A stretch of DNA of 64,000 nucleotides from NCBI GenBank assembly GCA_023334545.1, contig JAADVB010000034.1:1-64000 (forward strand), read 5' to 3'. Positions 42,097 through 54,892 of the stretch are shown here, piece after piece. Origin of the DNA: Salisapilia sapeloensis CBS 127946. Its lineage: Eukaryota; Protista; Oomycota. Under the pieces are notes generated by a model. That model was not told the origin of the DNA, ran no database searches, and was given only the letters and a program-made list of their open reading frames with translations. The translations under genes and the position numbers were made by a program. Position 1 is the stretch's first letter, and each line of letters opens with the position of its first letter.

Positions 42097-42473
42097 CACA
42101 ACCTCAAGACGCACTTGCTCCTTCCTAGTAGTTGACAGTTGCAGCAAGCGCTAGGAAGAGCGACGAGTACCGATCACTTTCCTACTTGAGATCGATTTGT
42201 TGCGCTTATGGCCAAGGCAGAAGTGATTGTTCGCAAGTCTAGTCCAATCAAATTGCATGAAAATTATTTTAACCAATTAGATGGTTTTGATACTGTTTAA
42301 TTCGTTGCAAACCTTTCTGAGTGTGCATGGGATACATGGATCTACTGGCCATGAGGTGCGAGTTCGTGGTAGACAGAAAGGATATAGGTAGCATAGCTAC
42401 AGTACTTTAAACTAATGGAATCTTGTAGTGTATTTGCATGCTTTTGCGTTCGAAGAGCTAGAAAGCAGCGGTA

Positions 42474-43856
42474 TTAATCACGGTACGAAACGTAATGGAG
42501 ACGTTCGCCACAAGTCACAAACTGGTTCGTCGTGGACTCATTGTACGTCTTTCGTGGATCAATCTTCGAGAAAGCGAACCACTGGTCCACGGATCGCTTT
42601 TTGCCCACACCATACGTCCTCATCTCATCCATCTTCTCCTTGGTCGAGACTGGTAACCCCATCAGTCTCCTCATTCTCCTGTACCCTTGCTCTGCAGGCA
42701 GTTTCCACTGATGCGTCTGTGTCGCCTGGACGTCATCATTAAAACTCGGTGGAACAGGTCGATCATATCGTTGAAATATAACATCAACGGTCGGTGAGTA
42801 AAAGTCGTATCCGTACGTCCAGAAGCGTGCAGCTCTTGTGTATTCATGTCCGACGCCAACAAAAGGAGTATGTGGGTCAGATGGAACGTCTATCAATGCT
42901 TGCATCGGTCCAAAGTGGAATAGTTCAGAGTACTGCGCTTGTAAGACTGGACTCAAGTGTGAGGTGTGACCCATGCGAAGAGGTTCCGGTGGGTTGAACT
43001 CAATGACAGGGTCACCCCTACGTGCGTGAATGCGAGCAGAGCAATGGTAGTGCACGATACTAGAAGAAGCGAATGGTTGCATTTCAATCGCTTTCGGAGC
43101 AGCACTTAAGATAGCGCGGTCGTTACCGGTCAAGTACCATTGTTGCACAAGCTGCAAGTCCCACTCAGGTGTGAATTGAGCGCCCGAATCGATGGACATG
43201 TAGAACTTGGCAGCGCGGAGCTTGGTGTTCGAATAGACCATGCTTTCGACGAGATTTTTGAGAACGGTCCATCCCTTCGACGCATAGGCTTCGCGCTTTT
43301 TGACGAATAGCTGTCCTGACTTTACAAGCTTCCCACAGCTACCAGCGCCGTACAACTCGCACACGTGTGCAAAGCAAGTGGATTCCGACGGCATGTCTGC
43401 CTCTTCAAAGACACGAATTAAAATTCTGTCCGGATTGTATGCATTCGAAAGGATCGAGTCGACCGCCTTAGCGCATGAAAATGAGTCCTTGTAGCTAGTA
43501 AGCAGCACCACGATCTCTTCGCTTTCTCCGAATCCGTACGTGTCGTCCGCTAGATGGCTTGGGGCATTTTGCTTGGCAAGTGCATTCTTTGCATCAGCTT
43601 TCTGCTCATCAACAACTAAATTATGAGATTTATCAAGACGTTTCTTAGCTTGCTGCGTAAATTGGCTTGGTTGTTTTCCTGGAGCTGCGGCAAATGACGA
43701 TTCGAACGATATAAATTGCACCGCTGTGCCAATGACAAGCATGAAGCCAATAAACAAGAGGAAGAGTCGCTCTTTCGATGAGAACAGACGTCGTCCGTTA
43801 GGCGAGTGTGGTCGTGGTGACGTGTGAGGTAAACCGAGCGCATGGGACGGCGTCAT
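42474..43856 (-). CDS. Type II membrane GlcNAc-transferase-like protein (GT60 / Skp1-GlcNAc transferase family), divergent
   Basis: One N-terminal TM segment, then IVVLLTSYKD, YNPDRI, FYMSIDSG..FTPEWD, VPSDPHTPF, ARFWTYGYDFYSP, YGVGKKRS. Confidence 0.8.
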   Translation of the reverse strand: MTPSHALGLPHTSPRPHSPNGRRLFSSKERLFLLFIGFMLVIGTAVQFISFESSFAAAPGKQPSQFTQQAKKRLDKSHNLVVDEQKADAKNALAKQNAPSHLADDTYGFGESEEIVVLLTSYKDSFSCAKAVDSILSNAYNPDRILIRVFEEADMPSESTCFAHVCELYGAGSCGKLVKSGQLFVKKREAYASKGWTVLKNLVESMVYSNTKLRAAKFYMSIDSGAQFTPEWDLQLVQQWYLTGNDRAILSAAPKAIEMQPFASSSIVHYHCSARIHARRGDPVIEFNPPEPLRMGHTSHLSPVLQAQYSELFHFGPMQALIDVPSDPHTPFVGVGHEYTRAARFWTYGYDFYSPTVDVIFQRYDRPVPPSFNDDVQATQTHQWKLPAEQGYRRMRRLMGLPVSTKEKMDEMRTYGVGKKRSVDQWFAFSKIDPRKTYNESTTNQFVTCGERLHYVSYRD

Positions 43857-44646
43857 CGCGAAGTGGGTGATGTGCCCTTGGATGAAATATTCACAGAGAC
43901 TAATCGAGCAGTACTAGAGTTGTACAGGTGTGCAGGTGCCGAATACGACCTTGTGCTTCGTGATCACGAAGTATAGGCGGAAGAAAGTCAAGTGGATGGA
44001 AGAGTTTCCACGTGACCCTTGATCCCGATCTCATGCGGTCGGTTCATTCCGTAGATCATGATGCTTTTCATTCGTTGAAAAGTTATATTTATATCCAATC
44101 ACAGGTGATTTCCTACTGCAGTTTTCGGTGTACTTGATGCGGAAGGATGCATTCCGCCTAGCCTTTTGCTCTTTTGTTGCAATCTGTGGTCAGCTATACC
44201 CAAAGGTCGACCGATATCTTCATGTTCGTCGCTTTTGCATATTCGACTGTGTTCCTTCGAATTGGAAGAGCTCTGACTCGGTGTGGTAAGTGGATATGGC
44301 TACAGAGTCTCTTGCTGAATCAATCGTAACCTCTTTCAAGCGGCAGTACTCTCCATCCAGCACAGTGAACTCTAGTAGATTACCACTGGATAGTGCGGAT
44401 GCCCAAAGGACTCTTTGGTTACCGCATCCGGATACATTTGGTCAGCTCCTATTCGTTTGACTTGCTTTTGTATGTCGCATCTGGCCGATTTAGCTTGGCG
44501 TAAAGTGTAAATTATCCAATCAATTTCTTTTCTAAATCATAAATACCTCTTTTATCAGCGTTTTATGCTTAATTTGCCTCGACAGGAATAAATCGACTCT
44601 ACTATCGTGCTTTGGACTGCGTCTTCTATCGCTACCAGTGGAAGCC

Positions 44647-46204
44647 ATGTCCGAGTTTACGAAGCGTGATTTGGCGTTGCTACTACCGGACGGAACACCA
44701 GGTGATCCAGTTTCTCTCCGACACACCAAAACAAAGTACAAGAGCTAGACTACGCTATCAAAGTCCATTCATCTCATAGTATTTATTTGACGATGGTAGT
44801 GAAAAGACCGAGGAGTATGTCGCTCCAAAGCCCAAGGTAGACCTTTCCAAGAAAGTGGCTCGATATCGGGCTGGTCAGGTACCAGAGTACGCTCAATTCT
44901 ACGAAGAAGACCGTGGATTCGTCACTTTGGACAGCAAAGTTCGTGATGACAAGCGTCCGACAGAGACCAAGACACCAGCTCCTCGTCGAAAGAAGATTGA
45001 GGCTCAAATCCTGACTGCTCCAAAGCCTTCAAGTGAATTTGAAACTCAGGAATCCAATTCTTTAGTCGAGAAAGAAGAGTCATCTGATGATGAGCAACAG
45101 GTTGTGAATGCTCTCGAGGACTCCGAGTCCGATTCCGATTCGGACGATGAAGAAGTAGCTCGACGTCGTCAACGACTGAAGGCTCGTGTCATCGCAAAGG
45201 AAAAGGAACAAGAAGCTCCATTAGAAGAGAAAGTCGAACCACCTAAAAAAGAGGAGACATCTCCATCAGAAGAGTCTGAATCAGAGTACGAGACCGACTC
45301 AGACGAAAGTGAAGAGGAGATGATGAAGCCAGTGTTTGTACCAAAGAACAAGCGTAAGACATTAAAGACACAGGAAGAGATAGAGCAGGAAGAGGCAGAA
45401 AAACAGCAAAGGGAAGAAGAAAAGGTAGACAGATTACTATTCAGTACCAAAGGCATCGTCCTAATCGGTTGGCTTAGGCTCAGAGGAAGAAGCAGGAGGC
45501 AAAGGAGCTCTTGGCAGAAGAGATACGCCGGTCAAAGGAGGCAGCTGTGGATGATAGTACGACAGACGAGGAAATGCCGGACGATACAGACGGCGTGGAT
45601 CCCGATCAAGAGTACCGGGACTGGGAACTACGAGAGATGCGACGCATCAAGCGAGAGCGTGATCGTGCAGAGGCTGCTAGGAAGGAAGCAGAGGAAACGG
45701 AGCGTCGGCGGAATATGACTGAGGAAGAACGAGCAGAAGAAGATGAGCGTCTGCGGAAGAACGAACCGAAGGACAAGAGCAAGCTGAAGTTCCTTCAAAA
45801 GTATTATCACAAGGGTGCTTTCTACATGGATGAAGGGAGTGTCCAGCAAAAGGACGACGTTCGGAGGCGAGAAGCAAGTGGTGCGACGCTCGAAGACAAC
45901 TTTAACAAGGAGATGATGCCCAAGGTCATGCAGGTCAAGAACTTTGGTCGCAGTGGACAGTACGCTATGTATGCCTCTTCCTCCATACCTTGTCTAACGA
46001 TATGATAGGACCAAGTACACGCATCTCGCAGATCAAGACACATCCACGAAAGACGCGCTGTGGTCTCGCAAAGACTCGTACGTAACACCATCTACTTGTA
46101 TTATGTAGAGACTAACGTCGCGTAGGATTCGAGACAAGTATGAGCGAAAGATGGGTGGCATCGGCGATCTGGAGAAGCCTCGGAAGAAGCGCAAGAAAGA
46201 ATAA
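44647..46204 (+). CDS. MFAP1: Microfibrillar-associated protein 1 (spliceosomal B-complex factor; multi-exon)
   Basis: VARYRAGQVPEYA, MKPVFVPKNKRKT, EYRDWELREMRRIKR, KFLQKYYHKGAFY, PKVMQVKNFGRSG, TKYTHLADQDT. Confidence 0.92.
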
Positions 46205-46301
46205 AATATGCAGAGTGCATTCTTGAAAAAGACCAACAAGTGTAGAATGTCCAAAGCGTACGTCTTCGAATTCAACCTTTCTTCCTCTTTGCAATAGCTG
46301 C

Positions 46302-48078
<1,777 letters not shown>

Positions 48079-48397
48079 CGTAGCTACTGGTTCTGGTATG
48101 TTTGCAAACGTTGATTCTTTTCCTGTCTTGCTCCGATAAGGTCGTAGAGGTCCAATGTGCACCACCCAACGTCCGGTTTTTTTACGTTTTGGACCGTAAA
48201 ATCGGCGGAAGGATTTGTGAAAATGTGGTCCACATGAATGAATAAACGTATATGATTGGAGAAAAGAGAGTAGTTTTATAGCCAATGATAGAGGGAATAT
48301 AAACAATAAAACTTGGCAATTCAGTAGTTGAGGCCTGACGGTAGGAAGAGTAGACCTCCTCCTACGTGATTACTACTTGTAGGATTTTTATTCAGAG

Positions 48398-49741
48398 ATG
48401 AACGGAACGAATGGAAGTGGAGTGCAGAATGGACAAGATTCTGCTACTAGAACGGTTCTTGTGATAGGTAAAAGCTGTCTATTGTGGACTGGATGAAATA
48501 AGCTTTGACGATTCTTTCGTCTAGATGGGTCATACGCGGAAATTGGATCAAAAGCATTAGTATGTGCATATTTTGTCTATGAGAGATAGTTTGCATACTC
48601 ATGCAAGATCTGAAATAGTCTTCCGGTAAAATTGACTACGCAAAACTTCGAAGCACGTTGGAAGAGATGGAGGTCAAGACGACATTTAAAGGTACTGTTG
48701 CCATTTGCACATATCTCATTTCCAATATGAATCGTTTTCAATTCTAGAATGCTGGTTCTTTGACCAGGATCCTATCTTTCGCAAGTCACCCAACCAGGAA
48801 CTGTCCGAATACTATACGTCTCTCAAGTGTGCACCTCCTCGAGGTCCACAGTTCCAGCTCAGTCTCTACGCCATGAAGCCAATCGCTTGTCACTGTCCCT
48901 CTTGTGGTCATAACTTTAGTAAAAAGGTTCAAAAAGGGGTTGACAACGGGTATGTAACAAAGACTTCCATAGTCATTTCGATCCTTAACCAACCTCATTC
49001 GATAGCATTGCCACGAAAATCCTGAGCCTCGCTTACGAAAATGTACTTTTCTCTATTTTTAAATGGGACAGCAAAAGGACTCATTCTCGAATAGGTTGCT
49101 GACCGCTTTGTTCTCTTCGCCGGTCTTATTCTATATTTCTTCATGCCATTCGATCGCGCCATAACTTGGTATCATGTTTAGGTGATGGTGATTTCTACGA
49201 CTCTTTGAACTTGGTCAAAAACGTATTGCGCAAAGATCTATGGGTGATCGGTAAACCCTTCTTTCCCCACTTTTAAATGCATACTCTAAGGAAGTATACA
49301 GGGTACCGTCCATCCATGTCAGCGGATTTACAGCAACTCGCTACTCGTGTGTTATGGGTAGAGGATTTTGCCAGTAGGATCATGAATGTCAGTTCCCAGC
49401 CTCCTCGAAATCCTCCATATACATCGAAGAAAACGAGGAAGAAACCATCGAAACCAAGAGGCACAAAGCGTCAGATAGAGGTAGTTGAAGACAGTCAAGC
49501 AGTTGACAGCAATTGGAAGCATAAGAGAGACGACTTGATTCGAAAGAGTGAACAGAGAATGTCATCTAAAAGCACGTTCTATGAGGACCGGGTGGGAAGT
49601 CCGAGGAAACGAGCAACTCGCTGGGCTCAAAAACCCGTGGAGAGTAAAGTGGAGGTGGAAACAGGTGAACCAGAACGGACGCTGATTGTGCCGAGTGATG
49701 TGATTGAGCTGTTATCGGAGACGGAAAGCGATTCAGGATAA
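48398..49741 (+). CDS. NYN (LabA/DUF88, PIN-like) domain nuclease with a Cys-rich insert and basic disordered tail (8 exons)
   Basis: Seven GT..AG introns join in frame: TVLVIDGSY..IDYAKLR..CHCPSCGHNF..QKGVDNGIATKILSLAYEN..FVLFAGDGDF..LWVIGY..SADLQQLA. The acidic residues expected for the family are present. Confidence 0.82.
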
Positions 49742-49811
49742 ATTTAGCGTTCAGTTTTTGCAGGTATGAAGACATAGCCGCGGTAGTATTTAGCATAGAC
49801 CATGCCGCATG

Positions 49812-50665
49812 TTATAAAAAGGGAATATCAAAGCGTTTGTTCCCAATCACAGCTTCAGCCGACGTCATACGCTGTCTCCAATCGTGTAACGGTGGAGATA
49901 GCTTGTCTTTGTCTATAGAAGATGCATTGAATGCTTCTACAAGAGATCTACTGGGAGCAGAGGCGACGCTTGTATGGAAGATGGGGTCCTACCATTCGAA
50001 TAAGTGTTCATTCATCTTGGTGATAAAGTAGATAGAAACCTGATAGTAAGTGGGCTGATCATATTGCTCCAAGACATTATCAATCTTGGTAACCAGATCG
50101 GAGAGCTTATTGGTACCTTCACTCGCTTTGAAAGCAAAGAAGGATCGAGTGTCATGGTCGTTCGCTAGTGCAATTGGCTTGTCAAAGCTTACGTAAAAAC
50201 TACACAAACGGTCATTTAAACGCCACTAGTTAAACTGTTTGTGCTCTACCCTTGCTGACGTTGAAGGGCTCTTCTCAAGTGCATGATAAATGGATCGATC
50301 TGGTCGTACGTGAGAACGAACGGCTTTGTCAGACTTAGATGACAGCTTCCGTCTTCCTCCAAGATCGATACAACTGAATCATTATATTCATTCAGCTTTG
50401 CAATCATATCCTTGATCGATTTCTCTTGAGCAAGCGTGGTTTTTAAATTAAGTCGAATGTGACTTGGCCATTGGCCGTCCACATGCTCAAAATTGCGCAC
50501 CCATTGGTATTTCTCATCTCGTGGTCGCTTTAAACTCCTATCATTGCTGCTTTCTGGACTAGACAATACCTTACGCTTATGGCTATCAACTTTACTTTCT
50601 TCTGCATCACTTTCGGAGCTGGAAGATGATGAAGATGAGCCATAATGAGCAGAGATAGCATCCAT
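49812..50665 (-). CDS. USB1: U6 snRNA phosphodiesterase Usb1 (2H phosphodiesterase; 3 exons)
   Basis: VRNFEHVDGQWPSH, first HxS motif CHLSL, NDHDTRSF, PTYYQ-DPIFHTS (second HxS motif). Confidence 0.88.
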
Positions 50666-50826
50666 TTGGTGTTTTTTGCTTTGCTGTCATGCATCATGTC
50701 CAAACGATGTGGTACACATGAATAACCATGATGCTGTCACGGACACGTACCGACTTTGGCTCTTTAGCACGATAGGAACTATATTACCGAAAGCGAATGC
50801 ATTCAAACAATACTACTAACGTGGAT

Positions 50827-52075
50827 CTATTCGTCTTCTAACGCCAATTCATCAATCTGCTCATCAGTCGGAGGTCTTCCAGTGATCAGCTACTTTATCT
50901 GTAAGTGTGTTTCTATTCTAATATGAACAGATAACTTTCGTACCTTGCACACAAAGTGGAGTATTTGAGGCTTCCCAACCTCTTGCAGTGCTCTCGGACC
51001 ATAGGTGAGGATACGTATCTTCTTATGGTCGGCATCCACATCGCTCTTGCCAATCAAGTAGCTACACCCAATGGGTTAGAAACATTCTACTACATGATCT
51101 ATATATCCAAAACCTTTGTGCTTCAAACGTCTTCAAGTGTGCTGCTACATCACCGAGTTGTCGGTGCTTTCGACCTGGCGTAATGTTCGAATCGATGTGT
51201 GTCAATTGGGTCCACAAGTCGTCTTCTGAGAGACTTCTGGATGGAGCACACCAAAGAAGTCCAATGACCATCATCAATAGGCCTCTCACCTTGCTGTTTT
51301 GGTTTTTGTTTAGCAGCAAGAGATGTTCTTGGGAGTTCAGCTTGTTCAAGACCAAGTATGTCTCTCGAGCTGTGTCCTCCATGGCCACGACACGAAAGCC
51401 AAACACTTTTTCAAGACGTTTCTTGGCGCGATGAAAGAAATATCTACATCATGAAGAGCTTCAAATCTCGTTTACTAGTATAAAGGTTACATAGATACCT
51501 CGAGACGTTCTTATATGTCGGGTAGACTTCTTTGCTAATGTCTGTGAAGCGTACTGGCAGCTTTTGCATGCCCTTGTAGAGCAAATAACGCACTAAAAGC
51601 GCTGTCAAGTCTTCCACTTGCTATTTTATTGGTGAAAAAGAGAGCCACAGTTGCATAGCTATATAAAATTACCTTTTCATCTAGCTGGGCGATGCGACTT
51701 GGTACGGAAGGGCTCTTCTTGTCGGCAGTTGCTCTATCTGCCACTTGCGAAGCAGTCGTCTCCACTTCGACAGCGTAGTCAGTCTGTGTAAAGTCGAGTG
51801 ATTCTTCTACTCCATCCTCATCAATGCTGTCGTCTTGGATACTGGATCTGTTGTGGTTGGATGAGCTAGAGCGCGACATTGGCTGCGACTGCTTCATCTC
51901 TTCGTCGCTGTCCACTTCGGTCCCTTCCGTGGCGTCACTGTCCTCATCGCTTCCTATTCCAATCATCAATCTATCTAATTTAAAAGTAGTAGAAATAGCG
52001 TTAAATACGTAAGCGTCGACGTTGCGATCTGGAGGTATTCTCTTGGCTACTACGAAGACGCTTCCTCGGGCTCAT
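50827..52075 (-). CDS. NSE3: MAGE-domain SMC5/6 subunit Nse3 (multi-exon)
   Basis: Acidic N-terminus, FGFRVV, GLLMMVIGLL, LSEDDLWTQL, Q.YL, YGPRALQEV. Confidence 0.78.
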
Positions 52076-52416
52076 GCTTGATCCTTTTTGTTGTTTAAAG
52101 GCTCCCGCGTTTTTTATTCGTTGCGGATTGGTTAGAATAAATTCATTTTACTTTATTCGTTCATAAAACAAACGATTTACACTTGACATCACTTTAAAAC
52201 CAAAGTGTCCAGTAATCGATACTACAGCGTTTCTAGTGCATCCAAGACACTAAGGAGGCTAGTCATGCTACTTTCTATGGCAATAGAGACATATTGAACA
52301 AGTAATAAGCTTCGATAGACATTTTTATAGGTAACATACTGAAAGATCAAGTCGTGCGACTGAGAGTTTCGCTCACTTCTTTGTTGTTGTGATATAGCAC
52401 TACGTTTAGAGTAATA

Positions 52417-53652
52417 TCATGCTGGAGCATAAGAACGCTTGTATGCGAGATTTCCGGCAACATAGGTGCTTTGAACCTGAAGTGCATCGTCCAGTAGTAC
52501 AAAGTCAGCGTCCGTACCGACATCCAGTGTGCCTTTCTTGTCTTGGATGCCTAGCGCCTGAGCTGGATGCAGCGTTGCACTCTCCAACGCCATTACTGTA
52601 CTGCAGCCAGTAAACTCAACTAAGTTTCGGGCACACGTGTCCATAGTGGCGATACTGCCAGCTAACGTCGATGTGTTTTTAATAAAAGCTCCGTTCGGCG
52701 TGACGTCCACGAGTCGACCGCCGAGTTCATACTCGCCCATCGGCAGACCAAGCCCATTCATAGAGTCGGTGACGAGAATGAGACCGTTTGGATGGGCTCT
52801 TTGGGCGATAGAAACAGTCGCTGGGTGGGAATGATGACCATCCACGACCATACCAAAGTACGGTGCATTTGTCTTGGATCCAAGTAGACCTACCAAGCCA
52901 GGGTCACGATGATGAAAGCTCCCCATGGCATTAAACGCATGTCTAGATATTCAAATCAGCAAGTGAAAAGATCATAAATAAAGCATAAGCATATACGTGA
53001 GGAGGGTGATGCCGTTCTCTATGGCAGCTTGACCTTCCTTGATCGTTGCCCTGGAATGACCAGCGCTCACAACGATTCCCTTTTGCTTTAGTGCTGCGAT
53101 AGCTTCTGATGATCCTTTCAGCTCTGGTGCTAATGTGATGATCACAACGTTGTCAAGAGATCCATATACGTCCAGGATAGAGTCGATCCCGTTGATCGGA
53201 TCTACCAATAACTCCTCTGGGTGTGCACCTTTGCTACCTTTGTTAATAAAAGGCCCTTCGAGATGTAATCCAATAATCTCTGCCTCGACATCGCTGTCGG
53301 GTGTCCTGGAAGTTGGATCGAATTTGGCCATGGCGTCGGGGTAAAAGTCTTTTGACGACGACACAAGTGTCGGGCAGAAACTAGTGACTCCAGTAGCGAC
53401 AATGTTCTTCTGGACCTTGTGGACATCCTCTTGTGTAACCTCTGGACTGGAAAAATCAACACCAAATCCGCCATTCACCTGAATGTCAATAAATCCGGGT
53501 GCTACAATCGCATTTTTCCCATCCACAACTTCATCCGGAGGTTGTTCCGACGGTGCAATGATCTTACCATCTCGTACCCATAGACTACTCTTGTCGATAA
53601 GATGTCCATGCCGTAGCAAACGGACATTTCGAATTTCTAAAACGTGTGGCAT
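52417..53652 (-). CDS. nagA: N-acetylglucosamine-6-phosphate deacetylase (2 exons)
   Basis: APGFIDIQVNGGFG, GVTSFCPTL, GLHLEGPF, KGAH, TLAPE, SAGHS, THAFNAM (across the intron), HHRDPG, DGHH, VTDSM, LAGS, ATLHPA. Confidence 0.96.
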
Positions 53653-53760
53653 TTGAATGCTTTCAAAGAAGACTTTTTTGTTTCTTCCCTCGAAAAAGCT
53701 ACTTGCTGAACTTCAACTTGGTCCGTCTCAAGTGGTACTCGATACAAAACACAACTCAAA
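53653..53760. promoter_or_regulatory. 108 bp bidirectional promoter shared by nagA and nagB
   Basis: Start codons at 53652 (-) and 53761 (+). The spacer contains ACTTG-N8-CAAGT (53716-53733) and TGAACTTCA (53707-53715) dyads. Confidence 0.7.
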
Positions 53761-54733
53761 ATGCGGCTGATAATCGAGGATGATAAAGCCAAGGTGGCGC
53801 TATGGGTGGCGAATTACGTGCGAAAACGTATAAATGACTTTGCACCCACGAAAGAAAAGCCGTTTGTATTGGGGCTACCGACTGGGAGCTCCCCCCTGCT
53901 TGCCTACAAGAAGCTGATTGAATACCATCAAGCAGGCACACTGAGGTATCCTTTTCTACAGTATTCCCTCTTGCCTCCAATGGTGATCCTGACCTTGACA
54001 CTAGTTTTCAACACGTCATTACTTTTAATATGGACGAGGTATGTCTATAGTTGCATCTTTTCGTCAATTGTTTTTAAGTAGCATGTCTCTAGTATGTGAA
54101 TCTACCAGAGGAGCATCCTGAAAGTTATCATTCGTTCATGTGGAATAACTTTTTCAACCACATCGACATCCAGCGAGACAATGTGCATATTTTAAATGGC
54201 AATGCAGAGGACTTGGATGCCGAGTGTGTTGAATTCGAGCGTCAGATCGAAGCTGTTGGTGGCATTGAGCTCTTCCTTGGTGGTATCGGTCCAGACGGTC
54301 ACATCGCATTCAACGAGCCAGGAAGCTCCCTTTCATCTCGAACGCGTGTAAAGACACTCGCATACGACACGATCGTTGCAAACTCTCGTTTCTTTCATAA
54401 TCACTTGGAAGAGGTGCCGAAGATGGCGTTGACTGTCGGTGTCGGAACAGTAATGGATGCTCGTGAAGTCCTCGTTATCATCACTGGCATTGCCAAATCC
54501 TTTGCTCTCTACAAGGTCGTGGAAGAAGGTATTAATCATATGTGGACCGTCTCCATGATACAACAACATCCAAAGGCATGCATCGGTACGTCCTCTTATT
54601 TGACGATAGCATACTTACCTACTAACTACGGAAATGTGTAGTGTGTGATGAAGAAGCGACGATGGAACTACGCGTGAAGACCGTCAAGTACTTTAAAGGG
54701 CTCAGTGACACGCACGCAAAGCTACTAGAGTAG
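53761..54733 (+). CDS. nagB: Glucosamine-6-phosphate deaminase (4 exons)
   Basis: [82 protein letters not shown]. Confidence 0.97.
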
Positions 54734-54892
54734 TGCCGAAAGGAACAATGCTAGAGGCGTATAACCTTCTCGGCAGTCGGATGATCAAATCTCAGCTAGC
54801 CGATGGATACAATGCAAACCCAGGATAGCAATCTCCTTGAACGAATACATTCGTGCAATATAAAAAGTCGCCAAGCAATCTAGTCTACCTAC

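Noticed and set aside
28918-42147. Dozens of plus-strand and alternative-frame ORFs of 60-180 aa
   Set aside because: They lie wholly inside the TRRAP CDS as shadow ORFs and show no independent motifs.
52417-54733. nagA/nagB as bacterial contamination or a very recent HGT operon
   Set aside because: Both genes carry spliceosomal introns, are divergent rather than co-directional, and are flanked by eukaryotic genes.
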